Assembly (NCBI GenBank): GCA_003971905.1
Contig: RSEE01000002.1
Location: 620,001-684,000 of the forward strand
Direction: 5' to 3'
Source: Moniliella sp. 'wahieum'
Taxonomy: Eukaryota
DNA: 64,000 bases
The notes beneath the pieces were generated by a model. It saw only the letters and a list, made by a program, of their open reading frames with translations. It was not told the origin of the DNA and ran no database searches. Of this stretch, positions 39,477 through 53,848 are shown piece by piece. Position 1 is the first letter of the stretch, and each line of letters starts with the position of its first letter. Made by a program: the position numbers and the translations under genes.

Positions 39477-40075
39477 TTACTTTTTCTTGCCGGCAATCGC
39501 ACGGCCACGGCGGCCCGTGGTCTTGGTGTGCTGGCCACGCACGCGCAGCTGGAGGTAGTGCGTACCGCGGTGCGCGCGGATCTTCTTCAGCCTCAATGTC
39601 CTCACGAAGCGCCGAGTCAATGTTGTTCGACACAAGCTGCGACGACTTGCCCGTCGTCACGTCCCGCTGCCGGTTTGAGGAACCAGTCCGGGATCTTGAA
39701 CTCCTGCGGGTTCTGCAGAATGTTCACCACACGCTCCAGTTCGTCCGAGTTGAGCTCACCGGCACTACCACACATCCACAGCTGTCAGTATCACCGCCAT
39801 TTCACAGCAAGAGAGCATCAAGGAGGATCAACGGGAAGAAGGAGGGGAAAGGGGCGCGACGCGCATCCCCCCCCCCACGTCCCAATGTTCGGAGTTCCAC
39901 ACGTACCGTTGTGAGGTCAATGTCGGCCTTCTTGCACACCATGTGGCAAACCGACGGCCAACACCCTTGATCTGGGTCAGGCGTACATGATCTTAACCCG
40001 GCCATCAACGTTGGTGTTGAGCAGACGCAGAATGTGCGCAAAGCTCTGCGACGCGTCCATAGGAACCAGAGACAT
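39477..40075 (-). CDS. RPS18: 40S ribosomal protein S18 (uS13); intron 39765-39906
   Basis: [28 protein letters not shown]...CKKADIDL..|[25 protein letters not shown]...LREDIE...KKIRAHRG...[15 protein letters not shown]. Confidence 0.97.
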
Positions 40076-40279
40076 GGTGGGCAACTGCGCTGGGTCAGCA
40101 CTCGGATTCCACCTGGGGAATGGCGAACGGAAAGGCGCGCGAGACGTACAAGGCTCGTTGAGGTGGGCAGGATCCGGACACACTGCGCGCGGCGACAACA
40201 CCACGTTCAGATGGCCAGAAACGGAGGCGGAAGTGGTGCTAGGGTTGGACCTGGAGCCGCAGTTTTACGTTAAATTGCG

Positions 40280-40680
40280 CAACCCTACAGTGCCTTGCGG
40301 CTGGAGCCCTGCGCTAAAAGAGTGCGAAGAGCTAACCCTGTTAAAAATTGACCCTGGGGAGGTATGGGGGCAGTGTCTCTCATCGCGGGCGACAGCCAAG
40401 GGTGGAGGCCAGGCAGCGGTCAGGAGCAGGGGACCCCTCACGGTGAGGCTACAGGGCCTGAGGCATTCGTTTCTGCTTTGTGTGCCCCAGCAACCCGGTT
40501 GTACGGGGGTAAAGTGGGCGGGGCGTCCGACGCATTCTTCCACCAGTGCTCTTGAGAATCTAACCGGGAGTCCCCCCTTTAGGAGCACTCAGGCTTGCCG
40601 AGGAGGCAATGCCAATACATTTGGTGGCTAGGTTTCGTGAGCGCCTTAGCTACCAGGGCTGCTTCTTCACAGCTTCAACC
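40280..40680 (+). ncRNA. Candidate structured non-coding RNA of unknown family
   Basis: Several 7-11 bp complementary segments with G-U pairs on the + strand and no credible ORF; see findings. Confidence 0.35.
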
Positions 40681-40833
40681 GCCAAGCTTCAACTCATAAT
40701 CTCTCTCTCATCAAGCTTCAAGCTTCAACGCACGAAGCACAATAAAATACCCGGACCTTCACTAGCTTTACCAGTGAGTCCTTCGAGTCAACGTGTCGCC
40801 TCCCTATACTAAGCTTCCTCGCCACGCGACGGA

Positions 40834-40857
40834 CGAAACGAAACGAAACGAAACGAA
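40834..40857. repeat. (AAACG)n microsatellite
   Basis: cgaaacgaaacgaaacgaaacgaa read directly. Confidence 0.85.
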
Positions 40858-41184
40858 TATGCCCTCGAAGACTATCAATCCTCTAGCTTCACCTCAACCT
40901 CGTTCCTTGCCACTGTGCACGGGCTTCCCCCCCTCGATCGGCGGGGCACCGTGATGTGATGCAGTAGCAACTGCCGAACCCCACCTGCGCCGAGACACGG
41001 CAATGAACTGCCTTGACACCAACTTGTCCTCCATTGTACATTTGGACTCGACCATCCATCTCTCTACAAGGTACCTACTATTATCTACCTATCTACCTAT
41101 CCCTTCGCTTACCGCTGGGCTGGTGAAGATGCATCAGGCATAGTTGGTTGACCAGTTGACCAGCGGGGTTAGGCCCGCTGGGCA

Positions 41185-43902
41185 CTAAGTGCCGCGCCGG
41201 GGAGATGCGCTGCGACGGGCTGCTGGCGAGGGAGAACGGGACAGCGAGCGCGGCGCACGCGCACGAGCAGGAGCACGAGCAGGAGCACGACGAGGCGGCG
41301 ACTTGGACCGCGAAGGGGAGCGGGGAGTACGACCCAGACCTGGTCTGCGAACGCGACCGCGAACGCGAACGGGAATGCGAACGCGAGCGGGAGTCGGAAA
41401 GCGGGGTGTAAGAACGGACGCGCGAGCGTCCCCGGCGGTCATTGGCAGGTGTAGGGGACCTGGAGCGGGAGTAGGACGGGAGTCGGAACGAGAACGGGAA
41501 CGCGAACGGGAAGGGGAACGCGTGTAGGACCTTCCTTGGACGGGGAGCGAGAGTGTAGGACCTGCCTCTTGAGCGACTGCGCGAAGGAGTATACGATCCG
41601 GACCGGGAGCGGGAGTAGGAGCGGCCCTTGTCCGAGCGCGCGGGGAGTACGAACGAGAACGCGAGCGGGAGCGCGAGCGCGAGGAGCGCGAGGGGGTGTA
41701 CGACCTGGAGCGAGAACGGGTGTAGGAAGGGTGTAAGAGGGTGTGTAGGAGCGGGATCGGTCGCTGGGGGTGTAGGAACGTGACCTCGATCGTGACCGCG
41801 AAGGGGAGCGGGAGTACGAGCGTGAGCGTGAGCGCGGAGCGCGAGGAGTAGGAGGAACGCGAATCGTACGACGAGGACAGGGTGCTCGAGTCGGAATCCG
41901 AGTCGGAATCGGAGCCAGACTCGTTCTTCCTCGCCGCAAGGGCGGCTGCGCGTTGCTCTTCCATGATCCGAGGAAGGTCTTTGAGGTGGGCTCGCATGGG
42001 CTCCGTCAGTGGTCCAAGACCAATGGCGGTAAAGTAGTTGATAGCGAAGCGGAGATTGCGTGGGGTGTCGCTTGGGAAAAGATGTGCGAAATAGGGGGTC
42101 ATTTCCCTGGGGTGAGGAACCTCTTGACAAGCTCGGGCACACCAAGGTGCCACAAGGGACTGGAAGAGAATCTTGACAAAGATACGGGAAGAGGATGTGG
42201 TTTCCTCCTCGGTCATGTGGACCAGTTCGAATACGGACCAGGAGATGGAGTCGGAGGCCAAGAGCGCACCGAAGAAGAGGGCAATGTTCCGAATTCGAGG
42301 GCGTCTCGTAGCGATGGATGCCCTCGTAGTAGGTGCGGAACACATCCTCAAACAGTCCTGACCATTCTCCTCGACCCAAGCGGCAGAATGCGACACCCAT
42401 CTGCCATAAAATTTGGTATACGTCCGCTCTTGGCTGCAACATTCAACCACCATGTTGGCCACCTCAATCTGCGCGGCGGGCGGGACTTGGAGCTTGAGCA
42501 ACTTGTGCACTGCCTCCTCGTAAATTGCAGCACTCATGATGGTTAGATAGATCTTGCGACGAAGGTTAACCACCTCAGTCTCGGTCAGATCATGAATCTC
42601 GACTGTCTTAGCCGCCGCTTCATTCCTGTGCCTCCTCATCCGACCCAGACTCGGAACCTGACTCGGACCCAGATCCAGATCCAGACTCGCTGTCAGAGTC
42701 TTCCCCCAGAATCTCAGCCTTAATCTCAGCGTACTTGGCTTCGTTCTCGGCAAAATTGGGGTCACGACGGAACGCGTTCAGGCTTTCCTGTACATTGAGT
42801 TCGTCCGTGTAGCGTAATCTCGTGAGTGATCTGGTCGTCCTCCTCGACCAAATCGAGTCCTTCAGGGATCCTCGGATGGTCCGAAAAGCCCTTGCGATGC
42901 ATCTGCGAGAGCACCTCGACCATGTACTGAACACGCTTGCTGATCCGCGCCTCGTACAGGACATGCCGGAAACTCTCCATTACACTTGAAGTAGCCTTGG
43001 GTGCCTCTTCGCTCAAGAAGTTGCCCACCTCGCGCAAGAAAGTGACAGCGAGTTCGGTACTGTCGTCAGTCGGGGTCTCGAGGAGCAGCACGAGGATCTC
43101 GAGAGCAAGCACTTCCCTGCTACTCGCTGGTTGACCAGGTGGGCAAGGAACATCAGTGTTCCACTCGCCACGGGTTTGTCGTTCCTTTTGAATGCCCTGC
43201 GGAACTGAGAGACAAGACGGGTGACTAGCAACGCCCCGATGGCAGGAAGTTTCGTGTTGATCACAGCGGTGAGGGCAGCAAAGAGGGCGTGTAAGGGCGG
43301 GAGAGTGATTGGGCACGCATAATGGCACGACAGTACAGGCCCTGCCTCGGACCAGGTTGGCGCCCGCAATGAGCTCAGGAATGATCATCTTGATATTGTC
43401 GATCGCCACCTTGTTGATTAGACCAGTAATGGACTTTTGAGTGCGTCCCACGACATGCGCTGGTACTCGACACTGTTGGGGTCTTTCGTGGCTGCTTCGG
43501 CCATGAGCGCGCGCAGACGGGCAGGGGGGATGTAAGCGCCACCGGCACGGGACTTGCCCAGCTCATCCAAAGTAGCGCGGAGCCCCTGGCCAAGCTTAGC
43601 TTGTCCGCTGCGTCCGCCTCGGCAGCCTGGGCAGTGACGGCAGGGGTAATCAGCTCGCGAGGCAGACGGGAGCGACGAAGCGACTTGCGCGAGCGTGGCT
43701 GCGGGGGCGACATGCTGCGAGAGGCAGGGCGTTTGCGCCGCGCAGGGGGGGACGCCTGGCGGTCTTCATTGCGCGGCGGAGCGGGCGAGGGGGAGCGCGG
43801 AGACGGGCGCGCACCAGGCGTGGGAGAGCGGGTGCGAGTGGTGGACGACGACCCTCGGCGTGCGGGACGCGGAGAGGGAGAGCCGGGCGATGGGCCAGCC
43901 AT
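41185..43902 (-). CDS. CWC22: Pre-mRNA splicing factor Cwc22 (MIF4G + MA3/MI domains, RS-rich tail); frameshifted
   Basis: RAGGAYIPPARLR, KSITGLINKV...ANLVRGR, AALTAVINTKLP.IG.LL, EVLALEILVLLLETPTDDS, DLTETEVVNLRRKIYLTIMS..YEEAVHKLLK, ECCSQERTY.KFYG, TTSSSRIFVKILFQ, RFAINYFTAIGLG.LTE.MR. Confidence 0.96.
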
Positions 43903-44466
43903 GGTGGGGGGTTGGCGGTGGGAAGACGCGTGGGCGCTTCTGGCGGTTCTACCAGCGCGCATTCGATTCGGCTGCGACGAGGCCCACGCCCAGGAGGGCG
44001 GAACACCCCAGTTGCACCGATTGTTCCCGGAACGCGGCTGCTTGCTGCCCGCTGCCACCCACCCGAGCGATGGCTCCAAGATATGCGTCCTCCACGTGTC
44101 CACGTTCAACGTTCAATATTCATCGCAACTTCGACGTCAGCGCTGCTGAGCTCAGCTGAGCGCTCACCCTCCCCTGGGTGATCGGTGATCTGCAGCCAGC
44201 CCCATGGCCCTATTTGGGAGGGGCAGGGGGGGCAGTGAGTGCCGCGTCCTCACCTGCGCTCTGTTAGGGTTGCTCCCGTTCCTCTCGGGAAACGTGAAGC
44301 TTGGCGTGCTTCAAGCGTCACGCGTCACGCTTGGAAGTGGAGCTGAGTATCGGCGGCTGGGTTGGATGGGATGGGGCGCTAAGCTTAAGAGGGGAAAGGC
44401 GTATAGCGCGCACGCATTCTTCTTGCTCTGGACCCACACCACCCCTGCCCACCCCCCCACAATCCC

Positions 44467-45636
44467 ATGGTAGCCGACGTGTACATTCTCAGCGCCGCTC
44501 GCACGCCTGTCGGCTCCTTCAACGGCGGCTCAGGACGTTCCCGCGACCCAGCTCGGCTCGACTGCCCTCAAGGCCGCTGTGCAGCGCTCGGGCGTGCAGC
44601 CGGCCGACATTCAAGAGGTGCTGTTTGGCCATGTGCTACAAGGCAGTGCTGGCCAGGCGCCCGCACGCCAGGCTGCGATCGGCGCTGGTCTGCCCGTCAC
44701 CACATATGCCACGACGGTCAACAAGGTTTTTGCGCGGCCGGTCTCAAGGCGGTCGCGCTGGCTGCCCAGAGCATCCAGCTAGGCCACGCCTCCCTCAGCG
44801 CCGCGGGCGGTATGGAATCCATGTCCAACGCGCCGTACTACGTCGCACGTAACTCGACCGGTGGCTTTGGCCATACCTCGCTGCAAGATGCGTTGGTCAA
44901 GGATGGCTTGAGCGATGCCTACTCCCAGGAAGCTATGGGCATTTGCGCCGAGGAGACGGCGCGCAAGTACGACCTGTCCGTGAGGCGCAGGATGCGTATG
45001 CGATCGAGTCCTACAGCGTGCGGCCAAAGCATGGGAGGCCGACCTGTTCAAGGACGAGATCGTCCCGGTGACCATCAAGGATCGGCGTGGAAACGAAACG
45101 GTGGTGGCCGAAGACGAGGAGTACAAAAAAGTCAAGATGGAGAAGATCCCCTCGCTGCGCCCAGTGTTCAAGAAAGACGTACGATTACCGCTGCCAACGC
45201 ATCGACAATCAACGACGGTGCTTCGGCACTCGTCTTGGCATCTCAAGAGGAAAGTGGAGAAGCGTAAGCTGACGCCTTTGGCTCGCATTGTCTCTACGCC
45301 GATGCGGCCGTCGAACCCGTCGATTTCCCCATTGCGCCCGCCTCTGCCATCCCGATCGCCCTCAAGCGCGTGGCCTTACCAGGAGGAGGAAATTGCTCTG
45401 TGGGAGGTGAACGAGGCTTTTTTCCGCGTCGCCCTGGCCAACGCCAAGATTCTTGGTGGACATGAGCAAGGTCAACACCAAGGGTGGTGGAGTGTCGTCG
45501 GACACCCGCTCGGCTCGTCGGATCCCGCATCCTCGTTACCCTTGCCCATTCGCTCAAGCCAGGCGAGTACGGCGTGGCGGCTGTATGCAATGGCGGCGGC
45601 GGCGCGGACGCCGGCATGGTCATCCAGCGGCTGTGA
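44467..45636 (+). CDS. ERG10: Acetyl-CoA C-acetyltransferase (thiolase II); frameshifted
   Basis: [31 protein letters not shown]...[61 protein letters not shown]. Confidence 0.96.
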
Positions 45637-46664
45637 GCAACCCGGTTGTAGTGTGTACCCTCTGAACGTGCGGCCGTTCGGGATTGGGTTGCCTGTCCTT
45701 GTAATGGTGCCACCTGCCGAGCAGCTTGTCTCCTCTTGGCTCTATAATATGCCATTAACGCTATCCTCCCCCGTAGTGGATGGCGGTGTCTGCCGAGAAC
45801 TATACGAAGCAGCAAGGACATATTGCAGGGAATGAAAATGGATTGGGCAACAGCTGTAAAAAAGACAGATGACAAAGGTCAGTCTTTGCCTGTTCGTCTC
45901 GAACAGATGAAGGTTCAGAAGAGATCTTTTGGCTTGCGATCGGGCTAATCTTCATGGGACATTATCCGCCTGGGGCGGCAACAATGGTCATCCTAGGGGG
46001 AAGGGAAGAACGTACGTTGCTCAACGGCTAGTCCCCCGCTGTATCTTGATGGGCTGCATCTGTTGGACTCAGCCAAGTCACGAAAAAAAAAACCCTGCAA
46101 ACACACATACATACATGTGGGCCTCGCACCGTGCCTGGACTAGGGGGATCATGGTCCGCCGCCCTCGGAAGAGGGGCAGACTGACCCACTAGGAGCGCGA
46201 AGCTCAAGCTCGCAGACGACGCGGCCCGAGGCCCGCCCAAGCTGCACAATTGTTCTGGAGACGGGAACGCGGCACTGGGGACGAGGAAATGACCAGCGCC
46301 GAACTTTTGAGTCTGAGGGCAAGGTCAGTGGAATGCAGGCAACGCGAGCAAGTGGAAACCGATGAGACGCAACCTCCTTGGATATTTTGTTCGAGAAGAA
46401 AAAAGAAAAGAGAAAAAGCCAAACAGAACCAATAAAAACCAATCGATCGTGGAGGGCGGAAACCCTTCGTGGTTCCGCCCGCCACAGCCACCGAGGAAAT
46501 CCAATCTTCAACGTGAAACGTTCAACGTACTTCTGAATTCCGAATCCGATGTGAAAATCGAAATCCAGCGGGTATGAAACGTTCAATGGTATGGTAGACG
46601 CGGCGTATCCCGAGTTCCGCTGCGCGTGAACCATACTGCCCCCCAGCCTGCTCAGAAGCCGCGC

Positions 46665-46707
46665 ACGCGACGCGTCAGTGACGCGAATCACGAGACGCGA
46701 GACGCGG
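46665..46707. promoter_or_regulatory. Cluster of MCB-like (ACGCG) cell-cycle elements upstream of MCM3
   Basis: ACGCG cores at 46665, 46670 (ACGCGT), 46681, 46695 and 46702, about 190-230 bp before the MCM3 ATG. Confidence 0.65.
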
Positions 46708-46892
46708 AAACCAGGCGCGCCGTGGCAGCCGAGGGAGACGCGCTGGGCAGAGGCGGTTGCGGCACGCGTCCTGGCTTTGCGCCTCCACCACTTTGTCCGC
46801 GTCTGCCCCGTCCGTCCTTTGCATCCAACGCTGCTGCTGCGTGGGACCTCTCTACCCTCCCCCTTCCACCGCTGCTGCCTCTGCCTCCTACC

Positions 46893-49619
<2,727 letters not shown>

Positions 49620-51557
49620 CGCGCTGTGAGCCGCTACCCCCCAGCCTCTCCGCTATTATCCTGTACACAACTCTGTATTAGAAGTATTGAGATTGACTGA
49701 TTCGATCAATGGGTTCCATGAATCGGGCGCACACATGCTATGCGCCCTCCTCGCCCTGCGCATCTTTCGCCCTTCGAGTTGTTCAAAAACAAGGTAGCCA
49801 TGAAAGAGATATGTGATGGCGTAGTAGTGACAGTAGGTGACGGAAGGAGCGCCGTGCCTCTTCAGGCGCCTCCAAGGTCCATGCATGGCTGGGTAGACCG
49901 AAGCTCGTCCACCGGTGAGAGATATGAAGGAAGAGCTTGTCCGGGCCGTCGGCGTATAGCCGCAGACCCCACTCAACTGAGTACTGCAGTACCGGAACGA
50001 GATGGTGGGTGCCCAAGCATCTTCGGGGCTGCGCAGGCTGCGCTTGCACCCCTTCGCAGATGTTGCCCCCCTTTTGGTCGGAGGCGCTTATGGTGTGACC
50101 GGTGACGCTCTATACGCTTCACAGCGCGTCATTATACTTAGGAGGAGGTTCAACTAGTTTCCACTCCCGCCCTATTATACCCACCAGTATGTTCTGTCGG
50201 GCATACGTATACTGTGCGCGCTGTGATCGAATACTTACTCCTATAGTGTCTCGTCTTTTGTGGCCTGTGACTAATAGCGACAATGGCTGTGACACATGTG
50301 ACACGTGGCATGTGACTAGTGACTAGTGAGTAGTGAGTACCTGAGTAGTGGATCTGTAGCCAGACAATGATCCCTTGGGGCCACAGAAGGCCAGAGAGCA
50401 GGGCAACAACCACAGTTGCTCCCGCGCTGCGCAGTGAGGAGTGAGATCTGAGATTGAGCACAGAGCCAGGAAGGCGGTGGTGGTGGCTTTATGGTGTGTG
50501 TTACAGAAGGATCGGCAGCCGCACGTGGTTTGTGATCATGTGACTGCCAGAGAGTGCGTCGGGTGAGTGTTCGCTCGCTTGGGCGCTGCTCGATGCTATT
50601 GGGGTGCTATTGGCTGCCGCCGCTATCATAGTTGGTGGGCACCAAGTTGGCGGTTCCCGGTACCGGTTACCAAGTTCCTGGTTGGTATAGCGATCCAAGA
50701 ACCTGGACTGTGCCCTGCGATGCTCTCCTGCGTTTGGAATGGCTGATGGTATTCCGGCGCTGAGTACGTACAAGTAGTTCATGTGGATGTGTGCTGCATG
50801 GCGCAGGGTTTCATACTCGCCCTTCTGCTGCGCAGCCCCAATCGTGTTGGTCCCAACTTCTACGCTGCGCCACCTCGCCTCGGCGGGCTTTACCGCGCAG
50901 GCGTCAAGCTCGTCAAGCTCCAAGCCCAAGCCCCAAGCGGTAAAGCTTGAAGGCCATATCCTGTGATCGATGATCCCCATGCTGCTGTTCCTCCCTGTCT
51001 CTACGGCCCAGTGCCCCTGTCTGGTGAGGGATCATCGATCACGATGACATCGATGGCACGCCATGATGATCAGGCTCATCTTTAGTCTGTCCCTCCGAAG
51101 CGAGCGCGAAGACTGCATCGCAGCGGGCCTGATCGAGGGTCCTGAGGGCCTGAGGCCTGAGGGGGCTAGGCCCTGAAGCCTGACTGCCCGCCACTTTTGG
51201 CCACTCTGAGTGGGTAGAAGTTGGTGTAGTCCGCGGGCCACACATAGGCCGCGCGCACACCGCATGCGGATCCGTGTGCCAGTTGGTAGTTGATATATCC
51301 GTAACCCCCCTTCCCCGTCCCCTCCTTTTCCCCCTTCCCCCTGCTCCCTTCCATCCCATCTCCTCCTCCCTCGCTGCTTCCCTGCTTCCCACCCGCACCA
51401 CTGGTTGGTGCACTAGAGAGCTGGCTCTCCCCTTCGTCTCATCCCAAGGCCCGGCGCTCTCTCCTTTCCCATCTCCTGGGCCTGGCGCCCTCTCCTGCTC
51501 GTCGCACATCTCCTACCCTCTTCGTCTTGATACGCTGGACGTACACAAAACGTTGCA

Positions 51558-53778
51558 ATGCTGGTCCATTCTATGCGTCAGCCAACACGCCCGCTGGCCG
51601 GAGCCGTCCTCTTTCTCCTTGCCCTCTTTGCTCTGGCCCACAGCTTGACTGGGGCTGGGCCCTTCCGCTCCCCCGAGCCAAATACCTTTCAACCGGTATC
51701 CCTCCTGAACCCGTTAGAATCCCATTGGCTCCCATCTCCCACCGCCATTAACTCACCTCAAGACCTCTTCCCATCGAGTCCAGCCGGAGGAAGGGCGGTC
51801 CCTGCGCATGCTCTACTCTCCCCTCGAGCAAGCGCATTTTCACCCTCCTCGGCCGTTGCCAAAGCCTTATCGCTAGCTGGGACGCAGGGCAGGACGACTG
51901 GCGCACGTTGCATTGGCGGAGGCTCTGGATCTTCCTCCGGCTCAAGCTCGTCTTCCACATCGTCTTCAAGCTCCTCCTCAGGCCAATCCTCCGCGTCCCT
52001 TTCTGGCTCGCACACATCGACTCACTCGGGTTCCGGGTCATCCAAGTCCCACTCCCACTCCAGTTCGCACAAGAGCACTGCAACCGCTTCTGCTTCCTCC
52101 CACCACTCGTCAGCTTCCCTTACCTCGGTCCATTCTTCCAAGTCGTCTTCGGCCAGCTCTCGGCCCACATCGAGCGCAGGCTCTGGTTCGGATTCCAGCT
52201 CGGGGTCAGATTCGGATTCAGATTCAGAATCGGACTCGAACTCGGATTCGTCGGGTCGGATTCGTCTGGTTCGTACTCGTCTGGCTCGATTCATCTGGTT
52301 CGGATCGGAGTGGTTCGGAGTCGGCTGGTGCGGAGTCGTCTGGTGCGGAGTCGTCTGGTTCGGAGTCGTCTGGTTCGGATGCATCTGGTTCGGACTCATC
52401 TGGATCGGACTCGTCCGGCTCTGGCTCTGGCTCTCGTTCTCATTCTCATTCCCGGTCCAGCTCTAGCACTGGCTCACATGCTTCGGGATCAAAGTCTGTG
52501 AGCGGAGGAACCAAAGCTAACGGACACTCCACTTCGTCCGCGCGGTTGCATTCTGGTAGTAGCAGCGCGGGGAAAACGGCATCCGCTTCCGTCTCTCAGT
52601 GCCCCGCCTGGGCAACTGGTGGGTTCAATGGTGCCAAGACCTTTTCTGTGAGCATCGACCCCTGCGAGACTGCGCCTGCCTCCTCTACTCATTCGTCCAC
52701 CAAGAGCCGCAAGGTGGGTCAGGTAGAGAACGGCATGCATGCCACCTCCGCTTCTTGGTCCTCTTCTCGCTCCTCCTCTTCCACCAAGTCTTGGTCCAAC
52801 AGCCATATTAGTTCCACTCGATCCGCCTCCGCGACGCGCTCCGTCTTGTCTTCTGCTTCGGCGTCGGCTTCAGCTTCAGCGTCGGCATCAGCTTCGTCCA
52901 GTGAACAAGCAACCAGCTCAGCTGGAAACAGCTTGGATTCGCCTACGTCTTGGCCGCATGACAGATACAGTGTATCCGACCTGCGGTCCGACCTGAAGAA
53001 AATCATGGCGTGGGCCGGCGACACGGATCAACTGCAAGGCAGTCTGTTCGAAGAAACGGTGCAAGCGATTTGGAGTGGTGCAGCCCGCTACTGGCCCGAA
53101 GTGCCTGCCGCCGTATCGTGCCGCACCATTTTATCTACCGTTCGCGCCGAGTCGGACTTTGACCACACCATGGTCGACGGTTCGGCATGGGGATTGTTGC
53201 AAGTTGACGTTAGCAGTGACACCAACGAGCTCAGTGTGTTCAAGGCGCATGCATCGGTGAACCAGACGGTTGCGTCGGGGCAATCGAACGCTACCGCCGC
53301 AAGCTCGGGGGTGTTGACAGACTACCAGTCTTCCGCACCGCTCAATGTGAGTCAGTTGACCAACCAAGATTTGCTCCGGCCTTGGATCAACGTCCATGTC
53401 GCCGTCTGGTTCCAGGCCAACCTGGCACGGACGGGGAGCAGGGATCCGTATGATTGGAACGAGATTGACAAGTTGTCTCGCCAGCTCGTGCAGGCTACCG
53501 ATTCCTCTGCGCGAGCCACATCCAAGAGCAAGCTGGACCAGTACGTCAAGGCGACCAAGTTGCCCTTCACTTGGCTCACCGCTCTTGGTTCCTGGGTGTC
53601 CGGACCTGCTGCCGACGGAGATGGTTCGTACGGCACAAGTGGCGACAAGTGGTCCGCACCCTTCATTGCCTCCGTTCTTGCGGGGGTGAAGGTCATGGAT
53701 GGCAACCAAAGTTTGACTGCTTCCTCGTACTTTGATCAGTACTCTGTCCATGCCGGGCTGATTGCCTACCAGCTCTAA
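51558..53778 (+). CDS. Secreted Ser-rich protein with C-terminal lysozyme-like (SLT/GH23-type) domain; frameshifted
   Basis: Signal-peptide-like LAGAVLFLLALFALAHS and a Ser-rich stalk with SGS(D/E)S repeats. The globular C-terminus has ILSTVRAESDFD (Glu codon 53149-51), AWGLLQV and LLRPWINVHVA. Confidence 0.65.
52180..52430 (+). repeat. Coding tandem repeats (6-bp SD and 15-bp SG(S/A)(D/E)S units)
   Basis: gattcggattca... and tcgtctggt(t/g)cgga(g/c) units read directly. Confidence 0.85.
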
Positions 53779-53799
53779 AGAACTCTTGCTTGCGTCCTT

Positions 53800-53848
53800 C
53801 CTATGGATACTCGCCTATGGATACTCGCCTATGGATAATCGCCTATGG
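53800..53848. repeat. 14-bp tandem repeat, about 3.5 copies
   Basis: CCTATGGATACTCG CCTATGGATACTCG CCTATGGATAATCG CCTATGG. Confidence 0.9.

Noticed and set aside
40564..40610. RNase MRP RNA (GGGAGTCCCC resembling CR-I, GAGGA loop resembling P8)
   Set aside because: The loop is not GARAR and no downstream CR-V (GGGGCTYA-type) partner was found. Kept only as an unknown ncRNA candidate.
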